From the IMG/VR virus record IMGVR_UViG_2767802041_000001, positions 1 through 64,000 of that record: a stretch of 64,000 nucleotides of DNA; one strand, given 5' to 3'. Shown here piece by piece: positions 1 through 9,905 of this stretch. Position 1 is the stretch's first letter; each line of letters opens with the position of its first letter. Source of the stretch: a virus (taxonomy: Duplodnaviria; Caudoviricetes). The notes beneath the pieces were generated by a model that saw only the letters and a list, made by a program, of their open reading frames with translations, was not told where the DNA came from and searched no databases. The translations under genes and the position numbers were made by a program.

Positions 1-1864
1 CCTCTGGGTCAGGTTCTTCCTGGTCGGAGGCGGGTGCGACCGGGGGGGAGGTGGGGGTGGGCGGTGTGGGGTCGGGGGTGATGTCGATGCCGAGGAAGTC
101 GGCGACGGCTTCGGTGGATCCGGTGGCGTCGGCGAGGAGGCGGGCCTGTTCGAACTGGCGGGACTGGATGCGTTCGATCTCGTCGCTGATGTCGTCGATG
201 GGGTAGCCGGCGTCGGCGATGAGGCGTACGGCGGTCTCGAGCGATATGACGCCGTCGCGGAGCCCGGTACCGACCTGGGTGAGGACGGCGGTCTTGTCGG
301 TGGGCTTGTACGTGCCCCACACCAGCTCGGCGTCGACGACGGGCCCGGTCCAGTCGGGGTGCTGGAGGGCCAGGTAGAGGCGCTGGACCATCTTGAACAA
401 GAGGGCGTACTTGTCGTCGCGGGCGAGGTGCATGGAGTCCATGAGGGGGTCCATGGGCCCGTACGACAGGTCGATCGCGAAGCCTGACGGGGCTTTCGTC
501 GGGTCGATTGTTCCGAGGGCGACGGCAGGGATGCGGGCGTTGAGGGACAGCCGGTCCTGGAGTTCGGCGGTCTTGTTGCGGAGCTCGGCGAGCTGCGGTG
601 AGGTGTCGACGGCGAAGATGTTGCCGCCCTGCCCCGTCTCGACGACCATCCCAGGCTGCACCCGGATGCGTTTCTCCTTGCTGTCGCTGCGGCGGCCGCT
701 GCCCTTCGATTCTGGGTTCACGATGCAGAGGATCGGGGCGCCGGTTGTCGCGGACGCCTGCGAGGAGTCGGTGTCGGTGCCCTGGAGCTCGTCGAACAGC
801 TGCAGCAGGGGGGCGAGGGATGACTCTCCCCAGTGCCCGTCCTCCGGGATGCTGTTGGGGACGTGGATGGCGGGGATGAAGTCGATCTGCAGGTCGAGGT
901 GGTCCAGGACTTCGCCGTCGTCACGGGTGAGGAACGTGGCGTACCGGTAGTCAAGGGTGTGGACGTCCTGGTCGGCCTTGATGTCGTCGAGGTCCCACTC
1001 GGCGTCGGTGAGGTAGCAGGTGATCGTGGACGGGGTGTCGTTCCACGGGTACTGGCGGCTGATCGTCTCGCTGTCTGGGTTGTAGACGTCGCCGCCAGTC
1101 ATGAGCGGGGTGGTGCCGTCGAGGTCGTAGGCGGGGACCCGTACGGGGCGGGGGCCGCCGGTGTCAGGCAGGGTGCGGGTGCCGATCGGGCCGAGTTCAA
1201 ACGTGAGGCGCCGCAGCTTGGCCTTGGTGCCCTTGAGGGTGTCGGCGTCGGTCTCCCACGCGAAGTGGATGCGGTCGGGGTAGTCCGCGCTGTCGCCGGC
1301 GTTGTCGGGCAGGTCGGGGAAGTAGAACCCGGCGTCGATGACGGACAGGCGGGGCCGGCCCTTGGCGGCGTCGAGGCCGAGGAGGTAGACGGTGTCGCCT
1401 TCGCGGACGGCTTTCCGTTCGGCTTGCTGGAGGCGCAGGGAGAACTGTTCGGCCTTGGCCCAGGCGCGGAGCTTTTCCTGGACGTCGGCGGCGTGGAGGG
1501 CTTCCGCGGTGGGGGTGCTCCCGTTGGCCTGTTCGGCTTCTTCGGCGCCGGGCACGGTGATGGTCTGCTGCCGGCCGAGCATGTGGGAGGTGATGGACGC
1601 GACGAGCATCGCCGGGTCGCCGAACTCGCGCCGGGCGGTGGCGTCGGTGTCGTCCTGGATCGCGGCGATCTCCCACGCCTGGTTGTGCCCGTAGGCGGCG
1701 AGGAGCGTGTACGAGGCGAGGCGCCGCCAGTCTTCCTTCGGCACCCAGGAGCGTGTCGCGTGGGGGAAGACCGCACGGTTGGGCTGCTTGTACGCCTCGT
1801 CGGCGAAGGCGCGCTTGTAGTTCAGCGCGCTCCACCGGTCGACGATGAATCGGGCAAGGCCCAC
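1..1864 (-). CDS. Putative portal protein (3' end runs off the window)
   Basis: Frame read by hand at both ends from GTG 1864 (MGLARFIVDRWSALNYKRAF...), AAGGGG RBS, still open at base 1 (hence absent from the ORF track). Lies immediately downstream of terL, >620 aa. Confidence 0.7.
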   Translation of the reverse strand, partial: MGLARFIVDRWSALNYKRAFADEAYKQPNRAVFPHATRSWVPKEDWRRLASYTLLAAYGHNQAWEIAAIQDDTDATARREFGDPAMLVASITSHMLGRQQTITVPGAEEAEQANGSTPTAEALHAADVQEKLRAWAKAEQFSLRLQQAERKAVREGDTVYLLGLDAAKGRPRLSVIDAGFYFPDLPDNAGDSADYPDRIHFAWETDADTLKGTKAKLRRLTFELGPIGTRTLPDTGGPRPVRVPAYDLDGTTPLMTGGDVYNPDSETISRQYPWNDTPSTITCYLTDAEWDLDDIKADQDVHTLDYRYATFLTRDDGEVLDHLDLQIDFIPAIHVPNSIPEDGHWGESSLAPLLQLFDELQGTDTDSSQASATTGAPILCIVNPESKGSGRRSDSKEKRIRVQPGMVVETGQGGNIFAVDTSPQLAELRNKTAELQDRLSLNARIPAVALGTIDPTKAPSGFAIDLSYGPMDPLMDSMHLARDDKYALLFKMVQRLYLALQHPDWTGPVVDAELVWGTYKPTDKTAVLTQVGTGLRDGVISLETAVRLIADAGYPIDDISDEIERIQSRQFEQARLLADATGSTEAVADFLGIDITPDPTPPTPTSPPVAPASDQEEPDPE

Positions 1865-1943
1865 CAGTCGCCCCTTCTGGACGTTGTCAGGCCCCGCGCC
1901 TTGTGATCAGGGTAGGGCGCGGGGCGGTGGTTGTTGCCCCCGG

Positions 1944-3548
1944 TCAGCGCCGGCCGGGCGGGTCTCCGCGCTCGTAGGTGTCCATCGTGGTCTCGAGCCC
2001 GTCGACTTCAGCAAGTTCAGTGAGGGCGTGAACGGCGGAGTCCATGCGGTCCGGGGAGTCCATCCCGGGCATCCAGGTGACCATCTGCCCTTCGAGCTTG
2101 GTGAACTGTCCGACGTGATGGACTCGGCCTTGCCCGTACAGCTGGGCGATGGGTTCGGCGCGCAGCCGTTTGCCCTGCTTGGCGTTCACGGGGATGAGCC
2201 GCGGCATGAGCATGCGCCCGGTCAGGCCCTTGCGGGCGAGTTCCTGCCAGGCCTGGGTGATGACTTGGGCGGTCATGTCGCCGCCGTAGTTCGACTCGAC
2301 GACGATCGCGTCGGCCTGCCAGTCGATGGCGAGTTGGCAGGCGACGATCCCCCATTCGTCGGCGCCGAGGGAGGCGGACTTGTCGTCGAGGACGTAGAAC
2401 TCGTCGCGCATCTCGGGGTGGGAGTGGTGCGGGCCGAGGGATTCGACGTAGGCGGACCCGGCGGCAGTGATGCCGACCTCGTCGTTCGAGGTGGACTTGC
2501 CGCCGGCAGGGTCGACAGCGATGACGATCCGGTCGAGGTCGATGCTGCGCAGGACTGCGGTGCTGATGCGGTGGTCGTCGATCCAGGACTGTTTCCACAC
2601 GCCGCCCGAGAGGGGGCGGGGCTGCTGTTGGTAGAGGGCCCACCAGACGCGCTCGCCGACCGCTCTGCGGGTCCGTTCCAGCTCCTCGGCGTCGTACTGC
2701 TCGGGCCACAAGGCGTCGCCGATGTTCCGGCCGAGCGGATCGTCGTTGGACAGTGCAGTGGCGGGCAGGTCGATGAGAGTCCAGTTCTCGGGCTCGGTGG
2801 CGAGGATGCGCCCGGACAGGTCGTCTTCATGCCAGCGCGTGTTGATCAAGACGATTGAGGCGCCGGGGGCGCGGCGGGTGTAGAAGACGGACTGGTACCA
2901 CTCCCACTTGCGGTCGCGCTGGGTGGGGCTGTTGGCGTCCTCGCTGCCTTTGAATGGGTCATCGATGACGCCGAGGTTGAAGCCCTTGCCGTTCAAAGAG
3001 CCTCCGACGCCGGCGGTGACCATGCCTCCTCGTACGGAGGACCCGCGGGGTTGTTCAAGGTCGAAGCGGTTGGCGGCACGGGAGCCGTCATCGAGGCGGA
3101 CTCCGAGCGTGGGGGCGTACTCCCGGAGTTGGTCACGTACCCACCGGCCGTGGTCGTCGGCGAGTTCGGCACCGTATGAGGCGAGCATGACGCGGTGGGT
3201 GGGGTGACGGCGCAGGTACCAGAGTGGCCCCCAGCGTGAGGCGCGCTGCGATTTTCCATGTCTCGGCGGGCAGGTGATCATCACTTGCATGCGCTCACCT
3301 GCGGCGATGCGCATGAATACGGCGTCGATCATGTCGAGGTGGCGGGCCTGCTTTTCCCGGCCCTCGGTGAGTACGGAGGCGAGGGCGCCCGGGGAGCGGT
3401 CCATGGCCATCTGCCGTTCCACCCATGCGAGGCGCAGCCGAACGTCGGGGCTGGCCGCTTGGGCGATGCGGCGACGCTCGGGTACGGGGAGTTCCCGGTA
3501 TTCGGCGAGCAGGGCGCCCTCGAGGAGCTCAGCCGTCGGCGTCGCCAC
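1944..3548 (-). CDS. terL: Terminase large subunit
   Basis: Walker A PPRHGKS, Walker B VIDDP, TRWHEDDL motif, nuclease acidic motifs IAVDPA and PDRMDS. Confidence 0.95.
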   Translation of the reverse strand: MATPTAELLEGALLAEYRELPVPERRRIAQAASPDVRLRLAWVERQMAMDRSPGALASVLTEGREKQARHLDMIDAVFMRIAAGERMQVMITCPPRHGKSQRASRWGPLWYLRRHPTHRVMLASYGAELADDHGRWVRDQLREYAPTLGVRLDDGSRAANRFDLEQPRGSSVRGGMVTAGVGGSLNGKGFNLGVIDDPFKGSEDANSPTQRDRKWEWYQSVFYTRRAPGASIVLINTRWHEDDLSGRILATEPENWTLIDLPATALSNDDPLGRNIGDALWPEQYDAEELERTRRAVGERVWWALYQQQPRPLSGGVWKQSWIDDHRISTAVLRSIDLDRIVIAVDPAGGKSTSNDEVGITAAGSAYVESLGPHHSHPEMRDEFYVLDDKSASLGADEWGIVACQLAIDWQADAIVVESNYGGDMTAQVITQAWQELARKGLTGRMLMPRLIPVNAKQGKRLRAEPIAQLYGQGRVHHVGQFTKLEGQMVTWMPGMDSPDRMDSAVHALTELAEVDGLETTMDTYERGDPPGRR

Positions 3549-4059
3549 CGGTGCCCTCCGGGGTGCTAGTCGTGGGGGTGTTCTGGCCGGCGAAGCCGAT
3601 GAGGGTGTTCAGCTCGTCGAGGGAGCCGGTGCCGAAGGGGACTGCGCCTCCGTCGGGTCCGGAGAGTTCGGTGCGCTGCGGCATGTCGAGCCCGTTCAGC
3701 TTGGCCCGCCGGTCCATGAGTTTGAGGACGGTGTCGACGGCCTTGAGGTCGATCTCCTCGGCAACGATCTCGCGGTCCTTGTTGAAGACGGGACTGGGGG
3801 TGGTGGCCTTGTCCCAGACCGCTTCCAGGAGGGCGTCGAGGCGCTCGTTCTCCTGCTGCCGGTACACCTTGGCCTCGGCGGCTTCCTCGTCGTGGTGGTG
3901 CTGGAGCGCGCGGGTGAGGTCCTTACGGGCGGCACCGGCACTGGCGTACCCGAGGTCCATGATGCGGGGGTCGTCGTACCGGACGCCTTGCCGGCGCAGC
4001 GCAAGGAGTTGGGCGCGGCGGGCCGCGGTGTCGGCTTCGATGATCCGGCCTTTTGCCAT
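3529..4059 (-). CDS. terS: Terminase small subunit
   Basis: Directly upstream of and overlapping terL; N-terminal HTH-like segment; C-terminal RRAKLNGLD...ELSGPDGGAV typical of small terminases. Confidence 0.75.
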   Translation of the reverse strand: MAKGRIIEADTAARRAQLLALRRQGVRYDDPRIMDLGYASAGAARKDLTRALQHHHDEEAAEAKVYRQQENERLDALLEAVWDKATTPSPVFNKDREIVAEEIDLKAVDTVLKLMDRRAKLNGLDMPQRTELSGPDGGAVPFGTGSLDELNTLIGFAGQNTPTTSTPEGTGGDADG

Positions 4060-4178
4060 GGCGGTGGGGCTCCCGCTGTGTGTGGTTGGTCTTCGTAGGC
4101 CCCGCGCCTGTTTCTGATGATCCCTGATGTGTGGGGTTTCCTTCCCCCTGCCCGGTGGGGGGTGTCATCCTGCGGCGC

Positions 4179-4883
4179 ATGAGATCGATGCGTGGGGTGG
4201 GGGTCGCGGCGGTTGGTGTGGCCGTGGCTGTGGTGTTGTCGGGGTGCGGCGGAAGCGGGGACGGGGGCGAGGAGGCGGCCGGCTCGAGTCCGTCGTCGAC
4301 TCCCAGTTCAGTGGTGCCGACGGAGGAGCCCACGGAGGTGCCGGAGCCGGTCTACCCGCCCGGGCCGGAGGGGGAGATCGACGAGCTCGCGGACGAGAAG
4401 GGGTGGGCGGTCGGCTCGGGGTCGGCGTCCGGGTTCGTGCGGGACATTTGCGAGTCGCTGCCGGTGAGCGCGGTGGATGGGGCGTCGCGGCCGCAGTGGC
4501 TGGTCGAGTCGGGGCAGATGGACGGCGACAACGGCGAGGCTCTGTTGGTGGGGGTGCCGAAGCTGTGTCCGGAGTGGGCGAAGGCCGTCAAGGAGGCTGT
4601 GTCGGGGTCGTACGAGCGGTGGTTCGGGGACGGCGCGTATGTGGTGTCGTCGAAGATGCCGTCGGCCGAGCAGTTGTCGGAGGGCGAGGGGTTGCCGATC
4701 CCGCCGGGGACGTATCGGGCGTCGGGGCGGATGGAGGACTGCTACTGGGAGCGGACGTCGAAGGGCGGGGGCATCCTCGACAACGGGTTCGCGACGTCGG
4801 CCCAGAGCATCACGGTGACGATCAGGGCGTCGGATGGTCAGTTCACGGCGCGGGGCTGCGGGGTGTGGAAGCCGGTGAGGTAG
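4179..4883 (+). CDS. Putative lipoprotein
   Basis: Signal peptide with lipobox VLSGC, S/P-rich linker, C-terminal PGTYR...CYWER...GC domain seen in actinobacterial lipoproteins. Confidence 0.75.
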   Translation: MRSMRGVGVAAVGVAVAVVLSGCGGSGDGGEEAAGSSPSSTPSSVVPTEEPTEVPEPVYPPGPEGEIDELADEKGWAVGSGSASGFVRDICESLPVSAVDGASRPQWLVESGQMDGDNGEALLVGVPKLCPEWAKAVKEAVSGSYERWFGDGAYVVSSKMPSAEQLSEGEGLPIPPGTYRASGRMEDCYWERTSKGGGILDNGFATSAQSITVTIRASDGQFTARGCGVWKPVR

Positions 4884-4900
4884 CTGGCCCTGGACATGCG

Positions 4901-4942
4901 GCGGCCCCCTCCAGGCCGTCCTCAACCTCTGGAAGGGGCCGC
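4901..4942. terminator. Hairpin between convergent lipoprotein and traB genes
   Basis: GCGGCCCC(C)TCCAG...CTGGA(A)GGGGCCGC inverted repeat. Confidence 0.6.
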
Positions 4943-5138
4943 GCGCTCCCTGGCCTCACCAGCCCTCTGCTCAGTTCTGGTGGGGTCAGGCTGCCGCTGC
5001 CGGTACGCCCCCGGCAACGGGTCTGTGTGGCCGGCCGGTCTGGGAGTGGGCGCGGGGACACCGGGGCTCCCTGACCGGCCGTGCAGTACCAGCGTGACGC
5101 ACAATCGGGGGTTTGTCCGGGCTGCCCTTCCCTCGGTT

Positions 5139-7415
5139 CTACTCCCCCGTGCTGATCTCGTCCGGGTCCGCGTCGAGCCCGTACTCGCCGCGGACAACCT
5201 TGCCGCCCTCGGTGCGCCGGTGGATCTGCCCGGTCTTGGTGAGGCGGGTGAGGGCGTTGTCGAGGGTGGATCCGCTGGAGCCGGTCATGGTGGCGAGCTG
5301 GTCCTTGTGGAGGTAGACCGTCTCGAGGCCGATGGGGTCGGCGGCGTCCTTGAGGGCCTGGACGATCTTCTCTTCGGTGCTGGTGGGCTTCTTGGTCGGG
5401 GGCGGGGTGAAGAGAGTGCCGGGGGTGGAGGGCATGTCGGGGCCGCTGCTGTTGTCGTCGCCGGGGAGGACGGGCTGGGTGGCGAGGGTGTCCCGGTCGG
5501 CCCAGGCCGGCCAGTCGGCGGGGTGCGCGATGTGCTGGGTGTCGATGTGGGGGGTGGCGTCTTCGAGGATGTAGTTGCGCATCATTTCGGCGTGGGCGCC
5601 GGGTGAGGCGGCGAAGGCGAGGCCGAAGGTGCGCTTGGGGTCGTCGGGCGGGGTGTTGGGGTCGTAGACCATCTGCCGGTCGGCGGACCAGGCCGGGGGG
5701 ATGTCGGCGGGGTTGCAGCCGGCGAAGTTCTCGGGGAGGTCGACGAGGTGCTTCTGCTGGGAGTCGGAGCGCAGGAGGATGAGGCTGCCGCCGTAGAAGA
5801 CGTTGTCGCGGATGGCTGCGTCGCCGCCGAGCTGGGCGAGTTGCATGAGCTGGTTGGCGAGGATGACGGGCATGCCGAGGGATCGGCCGAGGGTGGCCCC
5901 GGCGTTGATGATGTAGGTGGCTTCCTTCTTGTGTTCGGCGTTCTCGCCGAGGAGCTTGGACGCTTCGTCGAGGATGAGCGGCACCCAGGGGCGTTCCGGG
6001 CTGGGCTGGAAGTTCTTCATGCCGAGGCGGGCGGATTCGGTGACCCGGTGCTGGAGGATGTGGAACCAGATGCGGAGGGCGCCCATGGCGCCGTCGGGGC
6101 CGAGTCCGGAGTAGGCGGCCATGGCGTCGATAGCGGGGTTGGAGGAGCCCTTGGGGTCGGCGTAGATGATCGCGGACCCGTTGACGTGGTGGGCGAGGGC
6201 GATGAGCTGGAGGGTTCCGCCCTTTCCGGAGCCGGTGACGCCGGCGACGATGCAGTGCTGGGCGCCGAGCGCGGGGTCGTGGAGTTGGATGCGGGCGGGG
6301 AACCCGGAGACGCCGACGCCGATCTGCACGTACCCGTTGGTGTTGGCCTTGAGGACGTGGGTGCCGGGGAAAGGGACGCCGGCTTCGAGGGGGTTGCGGT
6401 CCATGAGGCGGATGACGGCCTCTCTGGGGTTCTGGCGGGGTTCGTAGGAGACGAGGAGGGGGTTCTTGATGCGGAGGGCCCCGGCGAGGTCCATGCGGTC
6501 GGGGTGCTGGAGCCGGTCGAGGTTGTCTCCGGCGACGACGACGGCGACTTGGCCGCCGGTGTTGGGGTCGTCCTGGATGTTCTGGAGGTGGGTGCCGGCC
6601 ATGAGTCCGTTGGTCTTGGACAGCCACTTGCGCCAGGCCCCGGCAAGGGTCGAAGGGTCGAGGTCGGCGGGCGGGGTGAGGTTGACGGTGATCTGCCGTT
6701 CGCCTGCGTGGGTGCCGGGCTGGTGGGTGATCCAGGTGGCGGGGATTTGGTAGACGGAGGAGATCGCGTCGGGGGTGACGGTGACGGTGCCGCCGAGGGG
6801 GGCGGTGATGATGCCGGCCCACCGGGTGGGGGTGAGGGTGGTGAGGGTGAGTTCCTGGCCGCGGTGGGTTCCGGTGCGGGGGTGGGAGATGTGCTGGGCC
6901 CAGAGGCGGACAATGTCGTCGCCGGGGGTTCCGGTGGTGGGGATGCCTGGCAGGGCGGTGGTGGCGGGGCTGGTTGCGGGTGGGGTGCGGCGGAGGACGT
7001 TGCGGAGCTTGAGGGGGACGATGGCGACGGCGGCCCACCAGCCGAGGGAGACGATGCCGGGGATGGAGGGGAGGGTGGCGATGCCGGCCATGAGGGCGTC
7101 GGCGCCTTCGGGGCCCATGAGGGTGCCCATGGCGAGGGCGGTGCCGGTGGTGAGTGTGGAGATGAAGAGGGGGCTGCGGTGGGCTTCGGCGATGTCGGCG
7201 GCGGGAAGGTTCGCGCGGAGGGCGGGTGGGAGGCGGCCCATGTAGTTCGCGGCGAGGAACCCGGCTGCTCCCCCGTAGGCGAGGGTGGTGGTGAAGGCTG
7301 CGCTGCCGTCGAGGAGGGGGGCGAGGATGCCGGTCGCGATGGGGGCTGCGGTGGTGGCGATAGCGATGGCGCGTTCGGTGGTGGCGGGCCGGGCGTGAGC
7401 GGTGGGGATGGTCAT
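5139..7415 (-). CDS. traB: TraB-like FtsK/SpoIIIE-family conjugative DNA translocase
   Basis: N-terminal TM helices, Walker A GVTGSGKG, DPKG motif, Walker B LILDEA, C-terminal winged-helix-like segment; Streptomyces transfer-region context. Confidence 0.85.
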   Translation of the reverse strand: MTIPTAHARPATTERAIAIATTAAPIATGILAPLLDGSAAFTTTLAYGGAAGFLAANYMGRLPPALRANLPAADIAEAHRSPLFISTLTTGTALAMGTLMGPEGADALMAGIATLPSIPGIVSLGWWAAVAIVPLKLRNVLRRTPPATSPATTALPGIPTTGTPGDDIVRLWAQHISHPRTGTHRGQELTLTTLTPTRWAGIITAPLGGTVTVTPDAISSVYQIPATWITHQPGTHAGERQITVNLTPPADLDPSTLAGAWRKWLSKTNGLMAGTHLQNIQDDPNTGGQVAVVVAGDNLDRLQHPDRMDLAGALRIKNPLLVSYEPRQNPREAVIRLMDRNPLEAGVPFPGTHVLKANTNGYVQIGVGVSGFPARIQLHDPALGAQHCIVAGVTGSGKGGTLQLIALAHHVNGSAIIYADPKGSSNPAIDAMAAYSGLGPDGAMGALRIWFHILQHRVTESARLGMKNFQPSPERPWVPLILDEASKLLGENAEHKKEATYIINAGATLGRSLGMPVILANQLMQLAQLGGDAAIRDNVFYGGSLILLRSDSQQKHLVDLPENFAGCNPADIPPAWSADRQMVYDPNTPPDDPKRTFGLAFAASPGAHAEMMRNYILEDATPHIDTQHIAHPADWPAWADRDTLATQPVLPGDDNSSGPDMPSTPGTLFTPPPTKKPTSTEEKIVQALKDAADPIGLETVYLHKDQLATMTGSSGSTLDNALTRLTKTGQIHRRTEGGKVVRGEYGLDADPDEISTGE

Positions 7416-7473
7416 GGCGGTCTCCTGACGGTGTGGGCCGGGGTGCGGGGGCGAGCGGGGTTCGGTGGTGTGG

Positions 7474-7854
7474 TTACTGCTGGCGGAGCCATTCGCGGTT
7501 GAGCTCTTTCACGCCGACCGCGGACCGGGAGACCGCTTCGGCGATGCCGCCGTGGGATGCCTGGTTCTGGGCGTGCGCGGCTTGGGCGGACTTTGCGGTG
7601 GTGTCTGCGGCGGACGCGTAGGCGTGCGCGGAGTCGGCGAGGCCGTCCATGAGGCGGGCGAGGTGCTGGGTTTCGGCGACGGTGTCGGGGTCGACGCCCA
7701 TCGCGGCGATGCCTTCGGCGGTGCGGGCGGTGTCCTGGGCTTGGTCGGTGATGAACTTGCCGTGCTGCTGGATCACCTCGGATGCGCGGACGACTTGCTT
7801 GCCGAGGTCGGTGACGGCCTTCTGGAGTTCGCGGAACCGGATGTCGGTGGCCAT
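7474..7854 (-). CDS. Small helical transfer-region protein
   Basis: 126-aa Ala/Gln-rich amphipathic helical ORF with RBS, directly upstream of traB. Confidence 0.7.
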   Translation of the reverse strand: MATDIRFRELQKAVTDLGKQVVRASEVIQQHGKFITDQAQDTARTAEGIAAMGVDPDTVAETQHLARLMDGLADSAHAYASAADTTAKSAQAAHAQNQASHGGIAEAVSRSAVGVKELNREWLRQQ

Positions 7855-7856
7855 GG

Positions 7857-9773
7857 TCAGGCTCCCTGGTAGTAGGCGAGTTCGGCGGGGACGGTTTCGG
7901 GTGAGTCGACGACGGCCTGGTACATGCCGCCGTAGCGGGTGGAGACGTTCGCGAGGACGGCGGCGCAGGCGTCGGCGGACCGGACGGCCCGCTTGTGGAT
8001 CTCTCCGGCTTCGACGGCTTGCTTCTTGGCGTCCTCGGTGAGCCGTGACAGGGCGGAGGCCAGCTTGTCGCCGCCCTTGACGCCCCTGGCCTGCTCGAGA
8101 AGGTTCTGTGCCTGCTGGGCTTGGCCTTCGGCGTGGGCCTGGAGCTGCTTGGTGGTGTCGGCGGTCTTCTGGAGGGTGGTGAGGCGGTCTTCGAGGCGGC
8201 GTTCGAACTGCTTGAGGGAACGGACTTCGCCGCGGCTGATGGTGGTGCGGGAGGCCCCGTCGCCGAGGTGGAGGTTCTTCGCGTCGATTCCGGTGACCTG
8301 GATGGGGTTCGGTGCGCCGGGTTCTGTGTGGTGGTCGGCGCTGCTGGTGGTGGGGGTGGTCACGGTGGGCTCGCTCTCTCGGGTGTTGCGGCGTTCGGCG
8401 TGGGCCTGGTCGAGGAGGGTCTTCTCGTGGTGGGCGGCGGCGAGGGTGTCGTTCCAGCCGTCTTTGAGACCGTCGCGGTAGGCGCGGGCGTGGGCGGTGG
8501 CTTTCGCGGCGCGGGTGCCGTCGCGGTAGCCGGTCTCTCGGGAGGGCTGGGTGGCGAGGGGCCGCTTGGTGGGGCCAGCGGTGGGGGTGGTGCGGGTTTC
8601 GGGCTTGTCCTGGTTGCCGGTCGTCTCGGTGGCCGGGGTGGGCTTGGCCGGGTTGCCGTTGCCCTTGGTGGGGGCTTTCGGCTCCTGGCCCTTCTTCTTG
8701 GTGAGGTCCGGCTTCGTCTTCGAGTCGGGCTTCGGCGTCTTGTTGGTGTCGCCGGGCGTCTTGTCGTTGGTGGTCTGCTTCGGGATTCGGGGGCCGGCCG
8801 GGGTGTTCTTGCCGTTGGTGGTGTCTGTGGGGGTCTTGGGGGTGGGCGGGGTCTTGCCGTCCTTGCCGGGCTTACCGGTACCGCCAGTGCTGCCCTTCGC
8901 CCCGGTGGTGGTGCCGGGGTTGGTCTTGGTGTTGTTCTTCGGCGCGGCCGCGCTCGCGTCCTTGGTCTTGACCGGCTTCGGGGTGGCGGTTTCGGTGTTG
9001 GTGCGGCCGCGGTTGGTGTCCTTGCCGCCGCCTCCGTGGCTGCTGCCGGTGTTGCTGCGCCCGTCCGGGCCGGACAGTCCGCGGGGGTTGCGGTTCTTCG
9101 TGGTGCCGGCCGGGCCGTTGGTCGGCTTGGTGTGGGTGGTGTTGTTCTTCGGGCCGGCGGCTCCGCTGTTCTTGGTGTGGCCGCCGGAGGACTTCCGGTC
9201 GAGGGACTTGCCGCCCTGACCGCCCCCGGGGCCGGTGCTGCCGGACGGCTTCGGGCCGCGGCCGCCACCTCCCCCACCGGGCCCCTTGGCGCCGGCCCCG
9301 CCGCCGCTGCCGCCTGCGGGGGTGCGGTTCACGGTGACCTGGCGGGTCTCCTTGACCTGGTCGGCCTGGGCGCGGGCCTTGTGCATGTCGAGGCGCTTGT
9401 TCGCGGTGCCGCCGCCCTTCGCCCACCGGGTTGCGGCAGCGAGGACGAGGGCCCGGATCATGCCCTGCTTCGGCTTCCCGGCACCGTTCCCGGAGGGGTT
9501 GGTGGTCTTGGTGCTGTCGGGGGTGGTGGTGTCGTGGAAGGCGGCGCTGGAGACCCCGCCGGCGGGCGTGCCACTGCCGCCCTCGGGGGTGCCGGGGGCG
9601 GCAGTGTCGGGGGTGAGGGTGAAGGTGGTTCGGGCGGGTTCGACGGGGGCGACCATGGATGCGAGGAGGCCCGGCCGCGGGCCCGCCCCGGTGGCCGTGG
9701 GGGCGGTGTTCGGGGCGGGCGGGGTCGCAGTGCTGGGGGTGGTGGCGGCTGCCGGTGCGGCTTCTGCCGACAT
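7857..9773 (-). CDS. Transfer-region protein with long low-complexity G/T/K/P region and helical C-terminal domain
   Basis: Long ORF in the operon with traB; C-terminal ~130 aa helical; start uncertain (9773 or 9785). Confidence 0.7.
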   Translation of the reverse strand: MSAEAAPAAATTPSTATPPAPNTAPTATGAGPRPGLLASMVAPVEPARTTFTLTPDTAAPGTPEGGSGTPAGGVSSAAFHDTTTPDSTKTTNPSGNGAGKPKQGMIRALVLAAATRWAKGGGTANKRLDMHKARAQADQVKETRQVTVNRTPAGGSGGGAGAKGPGGGGGGRGPKPSGSTGPGGGQGGKSLDRKSSGGHTKNSGAAGPKNNTTHTKPTNGPAGTTKNRNPRGLSGPDGRSNTGSSHGGGGKDTNRGRTNTETATPKPVKTKDASAAAPKNNTKTNPGTTTGAKGSTGGTGKPGKDGKTPPTPKTPTDTTNGKNTPAGPRIPKQTTNDKTPGDTNKTPKPDSKTKPDLTKKKGQEPKAPTKGNGNPAKPTPATETTGNQDKPETRTTPTAGPTKRPLATQPSRETGYRDGTRAAKATAHARAYRDGLKDGWNDTLAAAHHEKTLLDQAHAERRNTRESEPTVTTPTTSSADHHTEPGAPNPIQVTGIDAKNLHLGDGASRTTISRGEVRSLKQFERRLEDRLTTLQKTADTTKQLQAHAEGQAQQAQNLLEQARGVKGGDKLASALSRLTEDAKKQAVEAGEIHKRAVRSADACAAVLANVSTRYGGMYQAVVDSPETVPAELAYYQGA

Positions 9774-9905
9774 CACATTCCTCACTCTCAGTAGTTCTTA
9801 CTCTGGGTTTCCTACCGCCGGAAGATCCTCGATCTTCCTGGTCCTGTGCGGGTTCTGACCGTGGGTTTTCCGGGGTGGGAAGAGGTAGGTAAGAGGTCGG
9901 GTTGG

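Noticed and set aside
393-1906. Plus-strand ORFs 393..950 and 833..1906, and minus-strand ORFs in other frames
   Set aside because: Shadows of the portal gene, whose frame is missing from the track because it has no stop inside the window.
5748-9794. Long plus-strand ORFs 5748..7502 and 8121..9794
   Set aside because: Antisense shadows of traB and its neighbour; G/V/A-rich with no motifs, typical of high-GC DNA.
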